Positions 10,467-18,055 of a stretch of 64,000 nucleotides of DNA are shown here, in pieces (positions within the stretch are counted from its first letter, which is position 1; each line of letters opens with the position of its first letter). This DNA comes from a virus. The notes beneath the pieces are model-generated. The model saw only the letters and a program-made list of their open reading frames with translations, did no database searches and was not told the origin of the DNA. The DNA is taken from the IMG/VR virus record IMGVR_UViG_3300042914_003763, positions 32,001 through 96,000 of that record. One strand, given 5' to 3'. The position numbers were made by a program, and so were the translations under genes.

Positions 10467-11303
10467 ATGAGTATCGAGAAAGTTAAACCAGTTGTTGACG
10501 ACGGTATTGAGTTTTATATCTCAAGTGATGAAACTGCTTCTGGGATGAGTATTAGCGGTTTATCTGCATTTATAACGGTAGATCGCCGAGTAATAGGACG
10601 TTTGGTAGAAAAAATTAATTCTACTGAGGATGGGCTTGTAGAGCTACCTGAATGTCTGAAACCCTTTCAGGGTAATGCTTTGAGTCCGGGCTTAGAAGGA
10701 ATCAACAGAGCTAAAATTATACCCTCAACAACGTGTGAAGCTATAATTTTCTATTATGCTTATGAATCTGATAATATTTCAGATGAAGTTAAACAAGCTG
10801 CTAAATTTGCCCATCGTAAATTTGCACAACTTGGTTTACATCAACACATTAAAAATATATCTGGATGTATTGAAAAAAGAAATGAAGACTTATTATTAGC
10901 TGAATTTAGATATATTAGAACTGAATTAGAATCTGTTAAATCATTAAGTAGAGAATTAATCGTGATTAGAAATACCACTACTGCATTTATGCCAGGTTGT
11001 AAAGACTTATTAGATGAAATAGTTGAATCAACAGGCGATGATAACTTGTATTTACCTACTGAAGATGGTGCATTATCAATTGAAGGTTGGTTACACAATA
11101 AAGGTATAACTCTAACATCAACTAAATTTAGACAGTTAGCTCACATAACAGCAGCAACGTTCAAGTCAATGACTAAACAAGATCCAAGTAAAGCACATTT
11201 CAAACTTGTTAATGGTAAAACTAAATATAATGTAAGTGTTTATGAACCACAACACTTTGCAATTATTCAAATGTGTTTTAACAAAATATTACATGATGAC
11301 TAA
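10467..11303 (+). CDS. Antirepressor-like DNA-binding protein (DGIEFY..SISGL family)
   Basis: Paralogous with 35382..36239 and 40789..41577. Confidence 0.6.
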   Translation: MSIEKVKPVVDDGIEFYISSDETASGMSISGLSAFITVDRRVIGRLVEKINSTEDGLVELPECLKPFQGNALSPGLEGINRAKIIPSTTCEAIIFYYAYESDNISDEVKQAAKFAHRKFAQLGLHQHIKNISGCIEKRNEDLLLAEFRYIRTELESVKSLSRELIVIRNTTTAFMPGCKDLLDEIVESTGDDNLYLPTEDGALSIEGWLHNKGITLTSTKFRQLAHITAATFKSMTKQDPSKAHFKLVNGKTKYNVSVYEPQHFAIIQMCFNKILHDD

Positions 11304-11320
11304 GAGATAGAAAAAAGGAT

Positions 11321-11360
11321 AAAAATAAGGCGTGTTTCAAGCGATTCACGTCTTATTTTT
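11321..11360. terminator. Bidirectional terminator between convergent genes
   Basis: AAAAATAAGGCGTG...CACGTCTTATTTTT, flanked by an inverted pair of GATAGAAAAA motifs. Confidence 0.7.
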
Positions 11361-11430
11361 CTATCTATATTTAATTACTTAACCCTTATCTCTTCAACTT
11401 TCCATTCATTAAACAGGAATAAACCTAATA

Positions 11431-11694
11431 CTAACAATCATCATCAAACTCCTTAATTGTTTTGTCAAACATAAGTTTATCAGCAAAATCAGATATCTCT
11501 TTCATATCACTATTAAGATTCAACCAATAGTTATACATACTTGTAAATGCTTCCAAATCTACTTCTAGTAAATTAAGTGCATATTGTATTTTAATCTTAT
11601 TACAACAATAAGCAATACAAACTAAATTTAATATTTCATCTGTACTTATTGTTCTGTTATTTTTACATAACTGTTCAAACATCATTACCTCCAA
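11431..11694 (-). CDS. Hypothetical protein
   Basis: ORF with GGAGG ribosome-binding site. Confidence 0.55.
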   Translation of the reverse strand: MEVMMFEQLCKNNRTISTDEILNLVCIAYCCNKIKIQYALNLLEVDLEAFTSMYNYWLNLNSDMKEISDFADKLMFDKTIKEFDDDC

Positions 11695-11742
11695 TCTTAT
11701 TAGTCACAAAATCCATTAGTTCATTCACTTTTTTCTACCTTT

Positions 11743-12423
11743 CTATTTAATTTTTGTAACTACGTCTACTAAATCAACTATACGCCATTTATTACTCTTG
11801 GCATTAACTTGATACACAACTTGATTATCTAAATCTAATCCAGTTAACCATCCTGTAGCATAAGCACTTGTGTCAATATCCCACCAGCCACGTCCAGAAG
11901 CCACGTTACCAGGCTTAACTTTACTAAAGGTACTTGTTATCGTATGACCTATTACGACCTGCTTATCGTCAAAGTAGGGTGTGTTAATTGAATGGAATGG
12001 TTGTCGTATGCGCCGGAAGTCGTCTGGTTCTTGTTGTTCAAATGTCTTAGCGGGATCTAATCCTGCATGACAAATAAAGTAATCACCTAAGTCAATATAA
12101 AGTGGTAGTTGTTGCATGAACGCTAAGTGAATATCCCATAACTCAGGATGCTTATAACAGTATTGATCTCTAGTTCTGTTACAATAATATTCCTTCTTTT
12201 TTTTACCTGCTTCAATCATCATCCATTCATGATTACCTTGAACCGAATGAAAGTTAGATGTTGTTCTTACTAATTCAACTACTTCAGGACTACCTTTACC
12301 ACGATCTATTAAATCACCAACAAAGTATATTTCATCATCGTTAGTAGGGTTAACAAGATCCAATAACCTACATAAAGTAATGAAATAACCGTGTACATCT
12401 CCAATAACAATACGACGTTTCAT
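11743..12423 (-). CDS. PPP-family metallophosphoesterase (Ser/Thr phosphatase-like)
   Basis: GDVHG, GDLIDRG, GNHE, HAG and GHT motifs. Confidence 0.92.
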   Translation of the reverse strand: MKRRIVIGDVHGYFITLCRLLDLVNPTNDDEIYFVGDLIDRGKGSPEVVELVRTTSNFHSVQGNHEWMMIEAGKKKKEYYCNRTRDQYCYKHPELWDIHLAFMQQLPLYIDLGDYFICHAGLDPAKTFEQQEPDDFRRIRQPFHSINTPYFDDKQVVIGHTITSTFSKVKPGNVASGRGWWDIDTSAYATGWLTGLDLDNQVVYQVNAKSNKWRIVDLVDVVTKIK

Positions 12424-12515
12424 AATACAACAGTAATAACAGTTAAATCGTACTTACTTAACATATCTATTATTCCTTTAACTACAATAAGATAATGTAA
12501 CTATATTATCTTATT

Positions 12516-13025
12516 ATGACTTGTAACTACGTTAACACTAATATTCGTAAACTATATTTTGAATGTCAAGAAACAATACTAAATCAATTTAATATTGATA
12601 CTAAGAATAGAGCTACTATTAATAGTGTTAGTTATTTAATGTTACCCGTTGATGGTAATAACTATACTAGAAATATAACTGATACAACAGGTAAGCAAGA
12701 TACATTTAGTAGTGCTAGTATCACACCTAAGTTAGTAACAGTTAGTTTTACAGTTAATGTAGAAGATCAACAATGGAAGATGAAACGTTGTTTAAGTTAT
12801 TTAGCTAAGTCTAGTATTAGTAGTAGTTACACTACGTTTATTCCTGTAACTTGCTTAGATTATGTAAGACCTGAAATAGAAGATGATATTATGACATCAA
12901 GGAAAGGAATACTTAATGTTGAATCAGGTGGTGGTACTAGTGGCACTGATGGAACAGGTAAACCACTTTATGTAACGCCTTATTCAATTACCTTTACAGA
13001 GATAGAAAAAAGATTAGTAATGTAG
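12516..13025 (+). CDS. Putative distal tail protein
   Basis: Beta-rich, ends YSITFTE; lies between tape measure and baseplate genes. Confidence 0.4.
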   Translation: MTCNYVNTNIRKLYFECQETILNQFNIDTKNRATINSVSYLMLPVDGNNYTRNITDTTGKQDTFSSASITPKLVTVSFTVNVEDQQWKMKRCLSYLAKSSISSSYTTFIPVTCLDYVRPEIEDDIMTSRKGILNVESGGGTSGTDGTGKPLYVTPYSITFTEIEKRLVM

Positions 13026-13073
13026 TAGTATATCAATTAGGAACTAGTTATTACAGTTCAAAGAGCTATCAAG

Positions 13074-13103
13074 TTGACATAATAGTTAGACTTATATTAA
13101 GAT
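13074..13103 (+). promoter_or_regulatory. Sigma70-type promoter for the first RNA
   Basis: TTGACA-18 nt-TAAGAT, ending 10 nt before the tRNA-like RNA. Confidence 0.65.
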
Positions 13104-13113
13104 AGCTCTATAT

Positions 13114-13217
13114 GCAGAAGTGACAGAGTGCTTAAATGTTGATACTAGCTAGACGTGGGAAGTGAAACTAGATATTCCATACTTAACACACCGTACGTTG
13201 GAATCGTACCTTCTGCA
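13114..13217 (+). ncRNA. tRNA-like RNA with non-canonical 53-nt centre
   Basis: Acceptor GCAGAAG/CTTCTGC+A, D-arm ACA..TGT, T-arm GTACG-TTGGAAT-CGTAC; no canonical anticodon arm. Confidence 0.7.
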
Positions 13218-13218
13218 A

Positions 13219-13385
13219 TTCACGTTATGCGTGAACTAGAGATACACTAGATTAATTGGGACGATTAACGTCCTGGTAACAATGTATCAATTAGGATGTA
13301 GCCGATGGACGTAAGTTCAACATCCCGTTACCTGTATGGTCGTGGCAATTCCGGTAAAGACGTTCGATGAGTGAATAACTCAACC
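13219..13385 (+). ncRNA. Putative structured RNA
   Basis: Series of hairpins and nested stems GGTAAC/GTTACC and GGATGT/ACATCC, plus TGGAC-GTAA-GTTCA; GC-richer than flanks, no long ORF. Confidence 0.45.
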
Positions 13386-13403
13386 TTTTACTTAGTTATG
13401 TAG

Positions 13404-13432
13404 TTGACATACTCTAACTCAATAACTATAAT
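13404..13432 (+). promoter_or_regulatory. Perfect consensus sigma70 promoter
   Basis: TTGACA (13404-13409), 17 nt, TATAAT (13427-13432). Confidence 0.85.
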
Positions 13433-13579
13433 TACCAATAAAGCGTAGGTACTCTTTGATATAAAGTTAGTAATACTAGCAGAATATTAGACCCTACGCG
13501 ATGATTAAAACAGTGATGGTAAAAAAATCAGTAGAGTTATCGTTAATGTGCTTTATGCTCCGTGTAACCCTACTATTAT

Positions 13580-13650
13580 GGGACTATAGTGTAATGGTAA
13601 CACAAGGTTCTGTCTAAACCTTATTGCAAGTTCAATCCTTGCTAATCTCA
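13580..13650 (+). tRNA. tRNA with GTC (Asp) anticodon, atypical identity elements, no encoded CCA
   Basis: GGGACTA/TAATCTC acceptor, GTGT/ACAC D-stem, AGGTT-CTGTCTA-AACCT anticodon arm, GCAAG-TTCAATC-CTTGC T-arm. Confidence 0.8.
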
Positions 13651-13676
13651 TTAAACATCAAGCTAAAACAACAATT

Positions 13677-13710
13677 AACTCCAGTAGCAATTAAGTCACT
13701 GGAGTTTTTA
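13677..13710 (+). terminator. Terminator closing the RNA island
   Basis: AACTCCAGT...ACTGGAGTT followed by further T residues. Confidence 0.75.
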
Positions 13711-13737
13711 GTTATTGAAAAATGGTACATCTTTCGT

Positions 13738-14007
13738 TTACCTATTATTAACTTGCACCTCTCTTATTTCAACTTCACTACCATCAATAACAGTAATAGT
13801 GTAGTTACCATTATCATGATAAACACAACTAACTATCTTAACATCACCTGTTAACTTATCAAGTTGTACTATACGTTCTTCTTGTAGTAAGTTACCATCA
13901 TAGATATAACTTATTGTTTGTTTGAGAAACTGACTTTCCCAATTGATAGTAGTGGTAAGTCCTAACTCATTAGTAACTGTAGTTTCTCTATCATTAACGT
14001 ATTTCAT
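13738..14007 (-). CDS. Hypothetical beta-rich protein
   Basis: 89-aa ORF with natural composition; start codon overlaps that of the divergent gene. Confidence 0.55.
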   Translation of the reverse strand: MKYVNDRETTVTNELGLTTTINWESQFLKQTISYIYDGNLLQEERIVQLDKLTGDVKIVSCVYHDNGNYTITVIDGSEVEIREVQVNNR

Positions 14008-16762
14008 GTGGCAACTTACTTCTCCTAACTTATCTTACTTTGAATATTATGCTAACAGTGCTAATAACTTATCTATTCTTAAACCTAATACTTCGTTTAC
14101 TGGAAGTGGTTTATTAACTAAACTATTTCAAGAACTAACTCAAGTTAATACAAGTGTTACTGTTGGATCTGAATTTAATACATATAATTTTACTACAACT
14201 AATATTCCATTAACAGTTACAAGTAATAATACTACCTTTAAGTTAGCTAGTGATTACAGTAATCCGTTACCAGACGAATTTACTTTCAATAATAATGTAG
14301 TTACTATTTACAGTTCGAGTACATTAAATACTGTTAGTTACATTAATAAACCACCTATTGATACGTTAGCTGTTAGAACAATACCATCTTTTTTCTACAA
14401 TTTACCTGCTATTGGTGGATTTAGTATAACAGACAGTTGGCAGGATCATCCTACTGCTAATTTAGTATTTATAACTAAACCTAACCTATTACAAGAATAT
14501 CGTACAATTTTCAAAACTGGTGCATTAGTAGATATATACGGATATAGTTTTCTTGTAAATAGTTATAGTGAAGATGTAAGTAAAGAAGATTATTCAGCAA
14601 CAGTATCGGTTAGTCTACGTGGTAAGTGGGAGATGTATATGAATCTACCCATTGAACTTAATCCTAATCCTGGTGTATTAAAAGATAACTTTCAAGATCC
14701 AGAATGTCAGATAGGTTATAACCCAATTAATAGTAATAATTATACATCTATTAATGCTATAGCAGGTAAAATTGGAGCAAGAATTTCAGGTTTAAATACT
14801 CCAATTAAAGTTCCTACTAATACACCTGATAGCATAACTACAACTCTTTCAGGAGAGATAGAAAAATGGTTAGATATTAAAAGTAGTGTAATTGATTATT
14901 CAGACGGTAATACTATTCAAGTACGTAATATTAATACAGTACAAACCCATTATATTAACGATGGTATGTTGTTGTCTAACTTCAATACAACAATAAATCG
15001 TAAACCAATTGCGCCGTTAAGTTCAGGTAATATTAGTATTAATAACATTAATTACACAGCACTTGTTCCAACAACAATAACAAGTAAACCTATTTTTTCT
15101 ACCTTTGAAGATAATAATTTAATACCTAAACCTACATTACAAAATTATGTTGTTTCTGATGTATTTGATAATAGTGGTAATAAGATTGTAGATGTAAATG
15201 AACCAACTCAAACTTTACCACCACGTTATCAACAACGTAAAGTTAAAAGAAGAACTTACAATAAAGGTGATCTTGATGCTCCTTTTTGTCCTCCTAATGT
15301 AATTAAGTTAACTGATTTATCTCTTAACTTTGATAAGAGTGGTGTAACTAAAACCATAGTTATAGTAACAGAAGAAGATGGTTTTCCTATTACTGAAATA
15401 ACAAGACGTTATGGTTTTGCATATAGGGCTGTAGATATAACAAAAGTGATTACTGTTAATGGTAACGATTTAAAACCTATCTTAGAGGAAGATTATCCCG
15501 CAAATTGGTGGGTTTTAATTGAAGAAAAAGTAACTACTTATTTATATGATGACGGTTTAAGTGCTGATACCGGAACTGGTTATTTACTTGGCTACGACAT
15601 TGTAGGTAGTAGGTTATTACGTCCTGAAGTGGAAGGTGATGATATTTATACACAAAAATATTATCTTGAATTTAATTATAAAAGCGGTAGTCCTAAACCT
15701 ACTGACTTTGAAACAGCTAAATATAATACTTATGTGTTTAGATATATACCTTTATATGGCGCAAAAAGATATTTGTTAAACGCACATCGTGATCACTATA
15801 AGAACTTTGAAAATGAAGAGAAATTTTACAAAAAGTGTAACAAAGATGGTTCTAGTAGTTGGGAAGTACGTCCTGATTATGTTGAACCTATGTTCGCTAT
15901 TAGTGAAGCAGAGGAAATAAGTTGCTATTTACAAGTTAGTAACCCTAAAAACTTATTACGTGATGTTAAAGCAAATCCACCTGAACCATATTACCCACCA
16001 CTCATTACAGGTGAAGAATCATATCGTCGTAGTTTCATTAACATATTAGAATCTAAAAATACAACTAAAGCTATCTTTACAGTTGATAGTATACCAGAAC
16101 AAGATCGGTACATAACTTTTAACTCTACTTTTTCATCACAAGAACCTGGATTTGGTGCAGTTCTAGAAGAAACAAGTACAAGTCAAACTGATGGAATACC
16201 ACCTGTTCACACAAAAAAACCTAAACCTTATGAACTCGTAGAATCTAAGAAAGAAGATAAACCTAAAGAACAAAAACAGTTTAGATATGTACTATTCACA
16301 AGTCCATATAACGGTGGATTCCCACGTACAGGTAGTTTCAGTTTTGAAAAAGCTAATAGTGTAGATGAAGTAATTCGTGCTGTAAATAATCAACTTAAAA
16401 TTGATGATATTCGTAATACTCTAAGTAGTAGTTGTACTATCCCATTAAATATGAGTATTAAGAGTGGTGATAAAGTTGTATTAAGTGTGGAAGGAACAAC
16501 ATATAAACGTAGGGTAATCTCAGTTCAACATAACTTTGTATTTGAAGGTATTAATACAGTTACTAGATTACCTCTTGTTACTGGTACTACTCAATTAACA
16601 ATGGGAATAGATAGGGATAATATTAACGTTAGTAGCATTAAAGAAGTTATCCCTAAACCTAATAGTAATAACAGTAATAGTAGTGGTATATTAGATATAA
16701 TTAAAAAAGATATAACGTTGGGATCACTATTACCAAGTGCATTACCGGGACGTGGACGATGA
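14006..16762 (+). CDS. Putative baseplate hub/tail tip protein
   Basis: About 918 aa from ATG 14006 (MWQLTSP); C-terminal IKSGDKV...RVISVQHNF hub-like motif. Confidence 0.6.
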   Translation: MWQLTSPNLSYFEYYANSANNLSILKPNTSFTGSGLLTKLFQELTQVNTSVTVGSEFNTYNFTTTNIPLTVTSNNTTFKLASDYSNPLPDEFTFNNNVVTIYSSSTLNTVSYINKPPIDTLAVRTIPSFFYNLPAIGGFSITDSWQDHPTANLVFITKPNLLQEYRTIFKTGALVDIYGYSFLVNSYSEDVSKEDYSATVSVSLRGKWEMYMNLPIELNPNPGVLKDNFQDPECQIGYNPINSNNYTSINAIAGKIGARISGLNTPIKVPTNTPDSITTTLSGEIEKWLDIKSSVIDYSDGNTIQVRNINTVQTHYINDGMLLSNFNTTINRKPIAPLSSGNISINNINYTALVPTTITSKPIFSTFEDNNLIPKPTLQNYVVSDVFDNSGNKIVDVNEPTQTLPPRYQQRKVKRRTYNKGDLDAPFCPPNVIKLTDLSLNFDKSGVTKTIVIVTEEDGFPITEITRRYGFAYRAVDITKVITVNGNDLKPILEEDYPANWWVLIEEKVTTYLYDDGLSADTGTGYLLGYDIVGSRLLRPEVEGDDIYTQKYYLEFNYKSGSPKPTDFETAKYNTYVFRYIPLYGAKRYLLNAHRDHYKNFENEEKFYKKCNKDGSSSWEVRPDYVEPMFAISEAEEISCYLQVSNPKNLLRDVKANPPEPYYPPLITGEESYRRSFINILESKNTTKAIFTVDSIPEQDRYITFNSTFSSQEPGFGAVLEETSTSQTDGIPPVHTKKPKPYELVESKKEDKPKEQKQFRYVLFTSPYNGGFPRTGSFSFEKANSVDEVIRAVNNQLKIDDIRNTLSSSCTIPLNMSIKSGDKVVLSVEGTTYKRRVISVQHNFVFEGINTVTRLPLVTGTTQLTMGIDRDNINVSSIKEVIPKPNSNNSNSSGILDIIKKDITLGSLLPSALPGRGR

Positions 16763-16935
16763 CACAAGAAGAACTATTACAGAAACTCAAAGATGAACTA
16801 AAAAAGTTATTGCAACGCAAAGTAACTGTAACAGAGGTAGAAAAAAATTATGTAGTTGATATAAAAGGGACTCAAATTAAAGTCCCTAAGATAAACAATA
16901 ATGTTGTTAGTAGTAATAAGTTAAACAGTAAGTAA
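16759..16935 (+). CDS. Small protein translationally coupled to the hub gene (58 aa; not in ORF track)
   Basis: ATGA overlap; MTQEELLQKLKDELKK...NKLNSK*. Confidence 0.55.
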   Translation: MTQEELLQKLKDELKKLLQRKVTVTEVEKNYVVDIKGTQIKVPKINNNVVSSNKLNSK

Positions 16936-16985
16936 AACAATAGCGGCGTAACAGTTGTAGTTGATTCGCCGCTTAGTTAATTATC

Positions 16986-17300
16986 TTATTTTTCTACCTT
17001 TATTTCACTAACAGTTTTCTTCATTTCACTAGCAATACGATATGCTATTTCATCAATACTTAAATTCTCAATATCATCAATAGGTATTTCCTCTATTTCT
17101 ATATCACTAAACATTTCTTCTAGTTCAGCTTTACGTTGTTCTAGTACAGTTACATCGTATGACAATTTAATGCACTTAATAAATGTGATTGCTGTTGCAA
17201 TAACTAGTTTAGATAATCCACTTACTTTAATGTAAGTCTTATTAGCTATAACTTTAGCTTTGAGTTTAGTTAAATTAGTCTTGAATTGCTCTAGAGACAT
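16986..17300 (-). CDS. Hypothetical protein
   Basis: ORF with ribosome-binding site. Confidence 0.55.
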   Translation of the reverse strand: MSLEQFKTNLTKLKAKVIANKTYIKVSGLSKLVIATAITFIKCIKLSYDVTVLEQRKAELEEMFSDIEIEEIPIDDIENLSIDEIAYRIASEMKKTVSEIKVEK

Positions 17301-17405
17301 TAGCTGTTCCCTTAATGATGTACTTTACTTTGATATTATAGCGTTAGTCTAGTTAATCTTATTACTAGAGTACCTGCCGGAAAAGAGATAGAAAATAAAG
17401 GACGA

Positions 17406-17993
17406 TTAATCAGCTAATGAAACATTTAATATTTTTTCTATCTCTTGTTGTATTCCCCATACATCATTATCTTGTTGTGAATATGGAGTTATATTATTAC
17501 GTGCTAATTGAATTAATTGTTTAATTAAATAACTGTGATTAGTATTACGTTTTTGAAGTTTATATTCTAAGTTTCGTACTTGATCTCTTAACTCATCATT
17601 CTTTTCTTCTAGTTCTGTTACTTTAGATTCAAGTTCATCTATTCTCTTATCGTAATTACTACTACCATTACAAAGTAACTCATATACTTTAGCTAATACG
17701 TCACTTGATATATGTTGTAAGTCAACTTCTTCTATATCATTAATTAACTTTTTACGTAATTGATTAACTCTTAACTCCTCTAATTGTTTAGGTGTTGGTA
17801 AATAAATATGAGGATTATCTAACCAATTGTATTTATTTTTAGGTCTAATTAAATTACCAGTTTCCTTATTGAACTTATTACTACCACATATTATTTGTGT
17901 CTTAGTAACATGAGTTACTGTAATCAAACGTGTGCTAACTCTAGTTGCATAAACAACAGTATCACCAACTATTACATTATCTAAGTTATTCAT
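17406..17993 (-). CDS. Hypothetical protein with small beta-barrel N-terminus and coiled coil
   Basis: ORF with AGGA ribosome-binding site. Confidence 0.6.
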   Translation of the reverse strand: MNNLDNVIVGDTVVYATRVSTRLITVTHVTKTQIICGSNKFNKETGNLIRPKNKYNWLDNPHIYLPTPKQLEELRVNQLRKKLINDIEEVDLQHISSDVLAKVYELLCNGSSNYDKRIDELESKVTELEEKNDELRDQVRNLEYKLQKRNTNHSYLIKQLIQLARNNITPYSQQDNDVWGIQQEIEKILNVSLAD

Positions 17994-18055
17994 TTACGTC
18001 TCCTAAATTAAACTACTACAATGAATAGATAGAACAAACAATAACACATTACGGT

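Noticed and set aside
13114-13385. tmRNA or group I intron interpretation
   Set aside because: No Ala G3-U70 acceptor or tag ORF, and the insert is far too short for a group I intron.
13604-13621. Amber-suppressor reading (CTA) of the tRNA anticodon loop
   Set aside because: The 5-bp stem centres the 7-nt loop on GTC, and TAG is used as a normal stop in several genes.
13624-13854. 76-aa + strand ORF
   Set aside because: Starts inside the tRNA T-arm and crosses a terminator.
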